A stretch of 63,023 bases of DNA, filler included, from Hyphochytrium catenoides (taxonomy: Eukaryota > Protista > Hyphochytriomycota): NCBI GenBank assembly GCA_900088475.1. It is 4 parts of 4 records of this genome, joined end to end, with 100 filler letters (N's around TTAATTAATTAA, not from the genome) between each part and the next. Parts side by side here need not be neighbours in the genome. Positions count along the whole stretch, not along the records: positions 1 to 16,429 come from FLMG01001759.1; 3 more parts are not named here. The stretch is one strand, 5' to 3'. Shown here piece by piece: positions 1-12,226 of this stretch (the stretch's first letter is position 1; every line of letters starts with the position of its first letter). The translations under genes were made by a program, and so were the position numbers. Below the pieces are notes generated by a model. That model saw only the letters and a program-made list of their open reading frames with translations, did not search any database and had not been told where the DNA came from.

Positions 1-192
1 GCTAGCACCAGCCATCACTTGGCTTCCTGCTTCGCCGTGCGCAGAAAGAGATCTACGAACGGCGTGACACTGCTTCCTCTCTCTGAGTCCCAGACGGAGA
101 TCCAGAGCACTGTCAAGGCATTTTAAGCTTCGTCTCTGAGTTTCGTCCCTGCAGCAACAGCCTATTAAACCGCGGCTCTATTATCGCGAAGT

Positions 193-1490
193 ATGGAGCA
201 CTACGCAAGCGCTCATGGCCTCACCAATGACCCATCTATGATGATCAACAAGTCCGAGTAAGTAGTTCATAGTCCCTGGCCGGCCCGCTTATCGCTAATG
301 ACATATTCCAATCGTCTTCTGGGGCCCTCATCAAAGGAATTGCGCAACAACGCGCCTTCTGCAGACACATCTATGGGGCATGTATGCAGGGAATGTGGAA
401 GATAAGATCGATAATGAGGTCCAGTATGGGACCGATCCATCCTTCCTGACAATGAAGAGATGCGTGAATGCGCTTCATGCATTGCCGGGCGAGAAGGGTC
501 GCTACAACTGCATTCTTCTCGAGTGGCAGGTGGTGCAAGGATGCGCGTAAGCACTGCTACTCCCATGCTGGAAGTGTGCCACCGCACTAAGCTGTTGACT
601 CGCTAACAGAGTGACCACCGGTGATCTTTGTGAGGAGCTGGTGTTTGCAGACTCGACCATGACGCGGTTCATTATCGTGGAGACGGAAACAACCTGGTAG
701 ACTTCACCTTCTCTCTTGACATGCCACTGACCTGCTCAGCGCACCCTGTCCTTCCGTCCATCCTCAATGGCAAACCATACTCTGTCCTGTGACTCCACAG
801 CCGGCACCCGACAGGGAAAAACCTATCACCCTGCATCCTTCGCCTCCACGCGCAGCGACGAGCGTCGGACTTATTCAACCTAGCAACTTATCTTGGCTTG
901 GGTCCGCGCTTTGTCCGCTTTGTGACTTTTGGACGAGGCAAGAAGGGACGACTCCCTGCCCATTTGGTGATAGATGCAGTGCATGGGGAACCGGCTGAGA
1001 AGCTAGAATTTGGCGATAAGGGCTTCTACCACGTAGACAGTACCAACGTCTTCCCCACGCTCAGAGCTGCAGATATAGAAAAGATTGATATCGTCATAGC
1101 TCGCGACTCGGCCTATCAGAAAATTGTCAAGGCCGGCTACCTTGACGAGCGTGTCCAGAGAGAAGATGTTCTGGCAAAGGTTCAGATCTCAAAGGAAGAA
1201 TATGAGCAGAGATATGGTGGGATGGAATATGACAGGGCCTTCCCCCTTCTGTTGATGGCATGTGTTTACTGTGAGGGAGACGTGAACGAGCGGCTTATGA
1301 GGTGCGGGCGCTGCCGCATGGTCGCCTATTGCAATCGGGTAATGGTCTCAAGGAGCTTCAGAGTTGGCGATTCTCCTTCTTCTCACCATTGCGACATCTT
1401 CTCTCTCATCCCTTGTAGGACTGTCAGAAGAAGCACTGGAAGACTCACAAGCGATTCTGCAAGCAAGTGGAGCCAAAAAGTGCCGCATAG
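193..1490 (+). CDS. MYND-type zinc finger protein (multi-exon; 5' end uncertain)
   Basis: ORF 898-1338 ends CVYCEGDVNERLMRCGRCRMVAYCNR. Removing a GT-AG intron (1339-1418) continues with DCQKKHWKTHKRFC...AA* (stop 1488-1490), completing the MYND pattern CxxC...CxxC...YC...CQ..HW..HK..C. Upstream exons (ATG 193) are tentative. Confidence 0.8.
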
Positions 1491-2561
1491 AGCACCCAGT
1501 TCGAGGGTGAATGGTGTGGTCTTCGGCCTCTCATTGAGGGCCGACTCGTAGGAGATACTCTTCTGATTGGCCTATTAGTAGGCATTAGCTCAGGCTCCTT
1601 TGATCAACCAGCGATGCTTCCGGCCGCTGCTCTACTAGCCGTAGGACGTACCAAGGCTGCCCCAACGGCTCTTACTTGTCCTGACATTACTGCCCATGTC
1701 CCTAAGCAACCCACAATATAAATAACAGATTGAGAGCCAACCAACTGCCAGTCGGTCTCTAATTCTTTGTTTGTCCTCAAGGTAACAAAAGCCAGAGAGG
1801 TCTAGCTGGTCTTCAGCTTCCCTGAAATAAACATCGACCGTCATGCTCATGCCAAATGGGGCAGAATGAGGAGCTTAATAAGCATGACGCCTGGTCCTGT
1901 GTCAGCACTCACAACCTTCTTCCCTTACTGAACGGGGCACGGAGCCTTTGAGCTACACCTGCCTCTTTGAACTACAAGGTGAAGAGGTTGTCTTCGCTCT
2001 CCAGTCGCCGGTTCCTAGCTCCTTCTGGGCGCATCTACAGAGAGGCTTTTGCTTGCAGTACTGCTGCTGCCGTGAGGTCTCCACACCATTCCAATCATCA
2101 AGTCTGCCCCTATGTTCGCTCCTTCTCTCACATGCGGATTGCCATCCAGCAGGTGATGCGTCATCTTGTTGGGCTTGAAGGCAGAGCGATACGCGCGCAG
2201 AGGATGCTCACTCTTCGCGAGAGTTTTAGATGAAGTGCTCTTGTATGTTGGGACAGAAGATGCTTTACCGAGTGAGTTATGGTGGAGCGCCCTTAGTGAT
2301 TCAGTTCGTGGAGCTCTCTCTTTCCTTTGTTTACTTGCTTCCCTACGTTTGCTCTGTTCTGTAGGTAGTTGCACTCTATCAGGATTCACATTGGCAGCTA
2401 TTGCTTTTGACAAGTGCATCTCACCTGAGACTCTCGCCCATACTGAGCATCCTCTGCACGCACATCGCTCTGCATTCAGGTTATTTTGGCCCAACTGTTT
2501 GGGGCTTTATGATCTCTGGTGTGCTTTCTTCTACTTTTACTTGAGGAGTTTGGGAAGACAG

Positions 2562-2912
2562 ATGGCGTCGGGGCATAAGGAGAGACGCTCTGTCCTCGGA
2601 CTCTTCGTCATCTGTTCGAGCTTCTACGTCTGGTGCGTCTACATTATCACTTCTACTACTCTTTCTCTTACCGTCCCGCTGACCGGTCAGTCCAACGTTG
2701 AAGTTGGGAATGGCAAGTGGAGCATTACCTCCATTGCTAAGGACCCATACCTCTCGTTACCCCGAAGGATGCACAACGGCGACGGACTTCAAGGCAGTAG
2801 AACTCTACGAGAAGCGGTCAAGCCAAGCTATGCGGACTATCCTCCGACCGTGGACTCTTCAAATGCTAAAGCTCTTTCGTCTGGAGCTGACAGCCTCATC
2901 CTAAGCGATTGA
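2562..2912 (+). CDS. possible small membrane-anchored hypothetical protein
   Basis: ATG-initiated 116-codon frame with one N-terminal hydrophobic segment (VLGLFVICSSFYVWCVYII); no recognisable domain. Confidence 0.2.
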   Translation: MASGHKERRSVLGLFVICSSFYVWCVYIITSTTLSLTVPLTGQSNVEVGNGKWSITSIAKDPYLSLPRRMHNGDGLQGSRTLREAVKPSYADYPPTVDSSNAKALSSGADSLILSD

Positions 2913-3936
2913 CCAAGAACCTCACCTTCTTTCTTGCCCAGACACTGTCGCTATCTCATTATAAGGGTGGTCCCATTAGAGACAACGAAGGCTTGATATG
3001 GCGGCATAGTCGTAGGTCTCCTGCTTGGTCTCATTGCTCCTCGGTTTGGATCCTGCCCTGGAGAAGTTATTAACTCCATGGGTCTGAACCCCTTAGCTAG
3101 GGAGGCATCACTGATGCTTTACATGGCTATCAAGATAGAAACGAATGCGGGCACCTCCACTCCGTCAAAGCCTTCCTTGTTGGGCCGACTCTCACCCCTA
3201 CTATGACACCAACTTACTACGATAAACCGAGCCACAAGCGCCCGTCAGTGCTACTAAAGATGGCCGGTCGACCGTTGAGCGTCAGAGATAGAGTAGAAGT
3301 GGAGATAACTGATGCAGAAGCACTCAGGAGTACAAGTTCGAGCAGATGACGAGGAGGTCCGACGACGAAGGAGACTGTCTTCTACCCGCGTCATCTGTCT
3401 CCTCAAAGACCGTAAACATTGAAAGCAAGCATGCTCCAAGAGGCACCAAGTGAGGAAGAAGCCGTAGGCCCGAGGACATGCTCCCTGGATGGACGTAGAC
3501 GTGGTTGAGAGAGATGAAGAGAACTTCACCTCTTCTCTTCCAGACACCAAGTGGGCACTCCGTTTCAGAGCTTTGCGCATGCTCTGCATGGCTTCAACTT
3601 CCCGTCCCAGAGGCCTGACGCTGCCGTTAGCGGCCCTTCGAGTTGCAGTTGCTGTTCCAAAAGTTTGGGGGAAGGTTGAGGTTTCGTTCCCATGGCCCAG
3701 CCCGGGCCCGGTCGTGAAGGTAGAGAGTAGAGAGGCAGGCAGGCAAGCAGGCGCTCGCTTTGGAGTCTGGGGAAGAGACGAGCCAAGAGAGCTGCTGATG
3801 ACTCACACGGGGCAGGCAGGAGCTTCGCTTGATCCCCTTCTTCGCCCTGTGCGATAGAGACCCTTTGGGAGTGTGTCCGCGATCTAGCGCGGCATTTTTC
3901 ATCTTGGCGCGGTTTCGCACTTCAGGCTGAGCTAAA

Positions 3937-6900
3937 ATGTCAGATAACCGGGATCCTGCGCCGCTTGTCAGGGCAGCACCTTCTAAGCCTCAGGCTAGTC
4001 CTGGACAAATGATCAGCGAAGAACAGAAGCAGGTAGGAAGCCCGCAGACCTCGTCCATCCCTGGCGCAGGTGCTGCTGCTCCCGGAGAATCCCCTTCACC
4101 CGGGATGTCAAAGGCAGAGGGGCAGAATAGCGAAAGCGAGGCTCTGGGGAGCGGAAACGTCTCTCCTGGAGCTAAGGCCCGCAAAGATTCTGCCTCAAAA
4201 GAGCTGCTTCAGGCTTCGTTAGCGTTCTTTGGAGACATGAGCCAGACAGCCAAAGAACCCGCCAAGCCGGTATGTGTATGCCCCTTACATACATGCTCTG
4301 ATGCCCAAACACGGCATCTTCACGGTGTCTAATTTCCATGGCTGACTCCGTTAAAGGTTCGAAAGGTTCGCAGCGACGTCACGCTGGCGGGCAGAAAGGA
4401 AGGGGTCAACGGTGGTGACGGGGGCTCAACTAAGAAGAGTATAAATGTGGACTCCTACGGAACTGGAGCGTCAGCTTCTGCTAGCGGCGGTGCGACCCCG
4501 ACCGAGGCGGGGAGTGGGGCAGAGAGCACTCCGTCGCGGGCGCCACCAGCTATTGGAGCGAAGGTGACGCGGAGTCTAAGTCATGACGAAACAGAGGCGC
4601 TTGTGATGGAGCAGCGCTTCGTCTATCCGCCCACTTGGGCTAACCTGGACTCCTGCGTCAACTGCAACATTGACCTCGGGTAGAACTTTGTCCGTTCTAG
4701 AGCTTTGCCCCTCCTTTGCCGCTACTCTCCTTTCTTCTGTCATATCCCTTCTAGATCTTACATGGTACTCACCCTCGCCATGTGCTATCTGATTCTATAT
4801 GTTCCTCCCAAGACTCTCTTGCTGCGCTCCCTGTTTTTCTCCCGGTCGTCACCTCTCCTACCATCTTCTCTCTCCTTCTTTCTTTCATTCCCTGTCTTGC
4901 TGTCGCCTCATCCTCTTGAATAATCGTCATGCTGATGTGCTTCCTCCATTTCCAGATATGTTTACGGCCTTCGCCGGCATCACTGCCGCAATTGTGGGAA
5001 CACTTTCTGCGACGAGTGCAGCAGCAAGAAGATTGTGGTCCCTTATAAGATGTTTTTAAATCGTGGAGGCCAGCGCGTGTGCGACGCTTGCTTCAACAAG
5101 ATCTCAGAGTTCAACAAGCAGGTTGGCAGCACGGAATATACTTGGGACGGACCACCGAGCATGACTGCTGAAGCTTTCAGGAAAGAGTTTGATCTGCCTA
5201 ACGATGAGGTAAAGCGAGCCATTCCCACTCTTTCTGTGCATCTCCACTCACCCTACTGCCGGCCCGTGGTCCTTAGGTTCCGACTGCTGTCTTTGCCTGT
5301 TCGTACTTTCCCACTCACACACCGCTCTATGGCAAGATGTACTTGTCTCAGTCCTACCTCTGTTTCAAGGTAAGTGTACACAGGCGCGACTTGCTCTCTA
5401 CAGATAGAGGCCATTGACTCTGAGCTTTTGCCATGCCAGGGTTATGAACAGGGAAAGCATAGAGTTGACTTCACTAAGATTACAACGATAGCGCAGCCTC
5501 TGCTGTACTTCGTGAACGCTATGGAGGTCTTTGTAGGAGAGGAGAAGTTCTTTTATGCGGGCTTTGAAGGCTTGAGGTCAGGCGGCTTTACTCCGATACC
5601 ATTCTTTGCACGATGTTCCTGACTGTCAAATGATTAAGGGATAAATGCTATGCGCGACTAGAGTACCTTGTGACGGCGAAGAAGCACAAAGAGCGACAAA
5701 AGGAAGTCGGTACGGCGATTAAAGCAGAGATCATCCTTCCAACCATTTGGGTCACATAATCCTTTACTCTACCTTTGCAGCACAGGAGCGAGCAGACAAG
5801 ATGGCTCTCAAGCGGCGGATCTCCTCCAGAGTGAATACGCTATCTTCTCTGTTGACGACCATCGACCCGGAGGAGGCAGACAAGAAGATTCAAGAAGCCG
5901 AGGTAACGTCTCAACATCCATTTCTCATGTGTAAGGGCAATGGTTTTGTTCTAACTCTCATTCGTTCATTCACTGCAGGCGGAGATAGACATTATAGAGC
6001 CACTTTTGCCTGACAAGCGAGTGGTTCAAATGACTGTCCTTCTTGATAGAGAGCTCCCTGTTGATGTTAAGGAGCTCTTCAACCTCTTCTGGGCAGACGA
6101 ATCAAAGTTTGGTCAGCAGTACCTGTTGGCCCAGAAAGACATTGATATTAGCTTTGGCAAATGGACTCCTATAACTGCAGAAAAAAGCAAGGCATCCAGC
6201 GCAGGGTTTTGCCACTCGTTGGAGGCGTTTGATTTCTATCGCCAAGTAAGAAAGCTCTAGCCTCTCTCAGTGCTTTGTAAATGCGTATACTGTCTCTCTG
6301 TCTTCGATTCTCCTAGCTTTATGTTAACATCATGCACCTCTCCTTCTGTTTCAAGATAAGTTCTCCCCGTGCTCATAAGGCTTCTAATGCCCGCCTACTA
6401 GGTCTCCTGCAAGCATCCACCAAAGGTGAAGTTCCCTGGACTCTCCACCTACGCCAATGTAGACCGCACACAACGTTATCGATGGGAGGGCAACCGTAAC
6501 GGCCGCTTGATCGTCAGCGAGCTCGCCCAGGTAAGTTCAGAAGAGATGTCGAATGTATCTGTTCCAGGAAGGAATAAATTAGCGCGAGAGTGTGCGAAGC
6601 GAGAGAGAGAAGAGAGAGGGGGAGAGAGAGAGGGAGAGAAAGGGAGATAGCGGTGGAAGCTTCCCGGACATCGAAAGCGAAGAAGTCCGGTAGGAGTCTA
6701 CTGACATCTCGCCAGTTTACTGGGATTCCCTATGCAGACTACTTTGCGGTAGAGAGTCGCTGGGTTTTCACGAGGGACAGCAAGGAGACGTGCCACGTGG
6801 AGATTGGGCTAATGGTAAACTTTAGAAAGAGCACGTGGTTCCAGAACCAGATCACGTCCAGCACGAACAGCGAGAGCACAGAGGCGTTTGAGGTTGGCTG

Positions 6901-7769
6901 CTGCTTGTCCTTTTGTCTTCACGTTTTATGCAGAATTAGTTTAAACCCGTTTTCTGACTAGCTGCTTCTATTGTCCAGCGTCTCATTCCCCTCGTCGCTA
7001 CGAATGGAACGGACACTTTCTCTAACAGCTATCCTCCCAATCACTATTGCTCTGTCAATTAGCTTATGCTTGTTCTCCCTCATAGCTCTGGTTCAAGTTG
7101 GCTCTTTCGACATGTAAGGAGAGGTTGAAGGCTCGTCTCAGCCCCAAACCGCAAGCAACCCGCAAAACTGTTGTTCCACAGCCAATCCCGGAAGAAGAGG
7201 AAATGGAGGAAGGTCGTGAGGAGCTTCACAGGCGGCCGTCGATCGCAGAGTCAACAGAGAGCGTTGGTAGGTCATTGACGAGCTCTTGTTACTATCCGAT
7301 CAGGCCCTCAGACCTCACTATCGTGCTTTCAATCCCTGTCTCCACCGTAGAACCTGTCCCATCTGAGCCTTCCGTCCCGGCTGAAGAGGAGGAGGCGAGA
7401 CCTTCAGTGGCACCTCCTCCTGTTCCCCCGGCGGCGCAGCTGCCCATTGAAGTACCCCTGCCACAACCGGTGAAAGTAGGGGCGCGTGTTGAGCCGTCGG
7501 TCATCCTCAGCGAGATACTAACTGCTCCTGGGGAACGGGCCGTGCTGGTGCGAATGGCTGACATTCGCCTTTTAGCCGGCGCCATGCTGGCCTTTTCCGT
7601 ATTCCTCTTACTTCTGCTGGGTCTCCAGCTGAGCCTTTCTGCTAGAATGAGGACGATGGATCGCGCGCTAGCAGCTCTAGAGGAGCCAGCTCCAATAATG
7701 ACAGCGAGAGACGTGGAAGCGCTCCTCAAGGGCGTCTTAGGGTCTAGCGTATGTCAGCGGGAACGATAG
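3937..7769 (+). CDS. FYVE + GRAM + VASt (StART-like) domain protein with C-terminal transmembrane helix (LAM/Aster/GRAMD1-like sterol transfer protein)
   Basis: Spliced translation gives FYVE (W...CVNC / RRHHCRNCGNTFCDECS / RVCDAC), GRAM (FRKEFDLPNDE..FACSY...LYGKMYLSQSYLCF), VASt (LPVDVKELFNLFWAD...IPYADYFAVESRWVF...VNFRKSTWFQNQI) and a TM helix (LLAGAMLAFSVFLLLLLGLQL). Exons are separated by GT-AG introns. Confidence 0.9.
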
Positions 7770-7805
7770 TGGCCGTTGGGTTAGGCTCAACTCTTGAATA
7801 AACAT

Positions 7806-10800
7806 CTATTGCCGTTCTGCTCTTCTGCTATTGTCTTCCTTCTCGACTAAAGCATCACAGAGAGGAAGCATCCAGTCTAGCTCACCATGGGCCGTCAGAG
7901 CGCTTGCCATTCCTTGCAAAATGTCCCGAAGGTCAGCCATTCTCAAGCCCATCAACATTTCGAACTCCCTGGCTGACTCATCTGGTTGTTGGCTGGTCTC
8001 TTGCTGGCGGTGGCTCCACAATAAGTAATACATTAGTACCGCGATGGCAGCCTCGAGCTGCAGCAGCTGTTGTGCCTTGTTAAGTTTGCCAGGGGGCTCC
8101 AAATAGGGCACCTCCCGGCCATGCTGAACCTTTTGACGGCTCCAATCATCCAGGAGAGAGGCACCAAAACCTCTCTTGCAAGGGTTATTCTCGTTCACGC
8201 CATTAGAGCTTATGCCGTCCTGTTCTTTCGTCTGAAGCTCTGTTTGCGGCTCCAAGCTTTGGCCCTGGTCCTCTAACCTAGCTGTTGAGAATTGTTCTTC
8301 GTGAATCGCCGTAGGCTCTCTCTCTGCGGACTGCTCTGGCTCTGCCTGCTCCTGCGCAAAAAGAACTACTTCGCCTCGTGGCTCTGTTGTAAGCTGAGGT
8401 TCTGCGCAAGCTGCTGTTACAGGTGTTTCCTCTAAGGGCATCTCTTGAGTGAGCACCATCGTCGCACCATTCGCGCCTTGTAGCCCTACTTCCTGTTCAC
8501 CTATCAGCGCTTCCTCTGCGGTAACGTCTCCTCCTCGGATTGCAGTTGACAGCTTGGCCACCTCTCCTGGAAACTTCTCATGAGCCTTGGAAGCATCACT
8601 GACGTCCTGTTGAGCTTTTTCTTCGAATCTCTGCTGAATGCTCGCCTCCACCACCTCAAAGGCGAAGACTCGCGCCAGAGCTTTCATCTGGGCAACTCTC
8701 CGAATCACCATCGCGGCCGTGGCATGTCTAACACTCTCCTCGGCAGCCACTCTAATAGCTTCCAAATGCCCACTCTCAGACTTAATTTGTGGTGCTGACA
8801 CAAGCTGCAACTCTGCTGGTTGCCTTATCTCTTCTATGGACAGAGAACTTTCCAAGGCTTTAGGAAGCTGACCGACACTCTCTTGCTCACCATGGTCTGG
8901 CGTTAAGGGCTGGGTAGTCAGTCCCTTCTCTCGGCTCTGCGCCCGTAAGTTTCGCAGGGCAGAGGCGTAGAGCTTGGTTGGGCCATATATTGGCAGCGTG
9001 GCGTAAGAAGCCAGGGTATTGGACTGAGTCACGTAGAAAGTCTCCGCAGCTGCCAGGTCCGCAAGCAGCTGTGGAGTGTCACATTGCAGGTTGAAGAGCA
9101 GTGAGTCTTTGTTGCTGCTTTGTAGAGCATTCAGGCAGTGATGAAGAAGACCTGCGAGTAACGTTTCCAGACGGTAGAGGGCCGTAAGATACATAAGGTA
9201 AAGGGCACTTATAGAAGACAGTGGGAGGTTTAAGACAATGAGAGGGAAGGAAGAAGAGCAGATATCACCCTACGGCCTGCTGACGAAAGTGAAAGAGAGA
9301 CAATGGCAGAGAGACAGGCGGGTACTCCGATTGAGATGTTAGCAAAAGAAAAAAGAGCAGTGGATCGGCCGTTCTATACGAAGAGAGCGGGGAAAAGGCT
9401 TGGAGAAGAGACGGACGTACGAATGGCGTCGATATTCCTTCCAGAAAGCTCCTGGCATACTGTGGAGCATCGATAGGCAGCGAGCAACTGATCTCCCGCC
9501 AGGTTAAGCTCTAACAGTCTCCGAAGATCACCTATAAGCGTCGGAGGCAGACAAGATGGCGAAGATGTAAGAAAGAGATCCAAATAGCGCCGGAGAGCTT
9601 CGTCATGTTCCCCCCGCAACTGCGAAAGCAGCCCAGAGTTCAGCGCCATCCACTTGCTTGTGAAGGATCTGATCTTGGGCTGGAGCTCGGTCAAGGTCTG
9701 CTCCAGCTGTGGCGGGCGGAAGCAGGGAAAGAGAAGTGACAGGACAAGAGATAGGGAGAAAGGTTACACGACATAGAGATAAGAAAGAGGGACACGAAAG
9801 AGACCATAGACGGAAGGCAAGATGAAGGTTGGACAACAGACACAAGAAATGCGAGCATTAAGGCGTGCCAAGAAGAAACCCCAGGTTAAGGACGAAGGAC
9901 CAACAAAGAAATGAAAGGAGTAGAGAAAAGTGGAAAGGGTCTTTCCCTCCATGACGGAGCAGCTCTTTGACCTTTTCAAGCTCTTGCTTTCTTCTCTCCA
10001 AAGGAGATATTTCTACCGCAGATAGCGGGGCTAAAGCGCCGTCTTCTCCCTTCAGCTCTTTGCCCTGCATAGTGGTAAGATGCAAGGGCAAGGGCGCAGC
10101 CATTCTCTTCCTTGGGCTCTGAGAGAAGAAGTCTCTAATCGTGTTGAGCAGCTGTCTGACAGGAGAGGGAGGCGGGGAAGGCGTGGGAACGGATGGCTCT
10201 TGAGGTGTCTTTGTTTCCTCTGGAACAGATTTCTCAGCGCCATTATCTTTATTGGCAATGGTGCGCTTGGGACTGAGCCTGAAGGCGCTGAACCTGAAGG
10301 GGCTGGAAGCCGGAGAGGGCTTCGCTGGCGACCTTCTTGCTGGGGAACGCTTGGGAGAGAAACGACGAAGGAGGTTGAAAGGGAATCGCAGACTTTCTTC
10401 CCCTTCCTCCTCCTCCGCATCTGGTGCTTGCTCGCCTTCTCCCTCGATGCCCTTCAAATCCAGCGTCAGATCTGCCTTTCCACCCTCTCCACCTCCTCTG
10501 GCTAGTAGCTGGGCGCTAGAGCCCGCTATCGTGCTTATCTTTCTTCTTTGAAGAGAGTAACCGGTCGAGGACGGTTCCACAGGACGGTCGATGAGGGTCT
10601 GGACAATGGCCGCGAGCCCATCGTTTGCCTCCTCCGCTAGCTCTTTGAGAGCGAACGGGATGTGGGCTCCATGCTCAGCTAGTGCACCGCGGATCGCCTC
10701 TGTCGCGACGGACAGGAGGGAGAAAGGGGAGAAGAAAGGGGAAGCATGAGCACCTTAAAGGGACTGAGGAACAAAGCTAACGGGCGATAGAGATCCTTGA

Positions 10801-11507
10801 CGTTTGGATGTCCTTTCAAACAAGAGAGACAAGCAGAGAGACATAGGAGTGGACTCACCAGACAGAGGCCGCAGTGTTTCTCCATCCTTCCTCTGTACGG
10901 CCGCTTGCGCCCGAAGAAACTTGTTAAGCAGCTGCTCACATGCCGCGGACTCGAGAGAGAGAGGACCGAAGAGGCGTTCAACCTCCAGCTGCTCCTCTAC
11001 CACCCGCTGGACCAGCTCTTCCACGGCTCGAGAGAGCTCAGACCAAGTTGGCTGCAAGCCACTAGGCGCCATCGCCTCAGAGGCTCATGGGTCCCAGGCT
11101 ATCTAGCATGTTAAGCGAGTTGGAGGAAGGGCAATGCTCGAGACAAGAAGAAGAAGCAGATCGGCCCTACAGGGCGAGATGCGAGAGAGAAACTAAAGGA
11201 AGAGAGAGAATGTGCAAATGTGACGCTGGAAGAGAGAGTTGCGGAGGATCTCGTCCTGCTACTGGTGTCTGGACGTGACAGGCGTCAATGGCAGGACGTC
11301 TCTACGGCGTAGGACCTTCTACTTCTTCCATCAGCCACAAGGATGGCCGTCTCTCCTACATTAGACCTGCGGGCGCTTGGAGCGGCCCAAGCGCGATGGA
11401 CGAGGCTTGAGAGGTTGGGAGCTTGGGCCAGTGAGGACGAAGAAGAACAGTGATCATAACCAGGGAGAGAGACGCAAAAGAAGCATGAGGTAGAGGAGCA
11501 GAAGAGA

Positions 11508-11566
<59 letters not shown>

Positions 11567-12038
11567 AGACAGAGAGAGAGAGAGCGCCCAGGCGGATCAC
11601 AAACAGTGTCGTTTCATTTCTTTCACACTAGTTCTAAATTCGGCTTACCCCTAGGATTGGCGGTACATATTTGTGTTAAATTCGGCAGCAGTAGAGGAGC
11701 CATGAGAGCTGAGAGCAGAGAGGTCGAGGACAGCTCCCCAGAGATGAGCCGCTGATCGGGACAACAGCTCGTGATCAAAGTAGAGAGCGGCGAAGAGGCA
11801 GAAGGATGAGGAAGCAAGCAAAGGAACAGAAGTTGAGCTGAATTCAAGATGAGTGGCGTGGCAGCGGGAATGCCTGTGAAGCGATGGCCACTAACGGTGG
11901 GGGCGGATCTGTGAGAAGCAACGTATCGGAAGCCTTGTGGTCCTGAGCGAGGAGGGTAGCGATCGAGGTCAACTCGGAGAAGAAGCCACCTCTGGTGGTG
12001 GTCGAGACCCGACTAGACTCTTGCAGCCAGACACTCAT
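7806..12038 (-). CDS. large multi-exon hypothetical protein
   Basis: Chain of same-strand coding-like ORFs (7806-9194, 9374-9694, 9858-10580, 10755-11072, 11623-12038) separated by pyrimidine-rich introns. Helical segments alternate with S/P- and E/Q-rich regions. No family recognised; 5' exons are tentative. Confidence 0.6.
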
Positions 12039-12226
12039 CGTCTTACTAGTTGTCACTGGATTATGAAGATAGACCGAAGCAAGGACGAATAAAGGGCCCT
12101 AAAGCTAGGCTTTCGATGTATGCCGGCAGACGAGGCAGGACACCAATAAATAATTTATAGTTATAGCGCTTGTTAGAACGTCCATTGGACTCTCTATCTT
12201 TCATTAAAGCGGCCATCTGCATCACG

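Noticed and set aside
193-1490. MYND protein as ZMYND10, the partner of LRRC6, implying a ciliary gene cluster
   Set aside because: The protein is short and I see no ZMYND10-like N-terminal region; MYND fingers are common.
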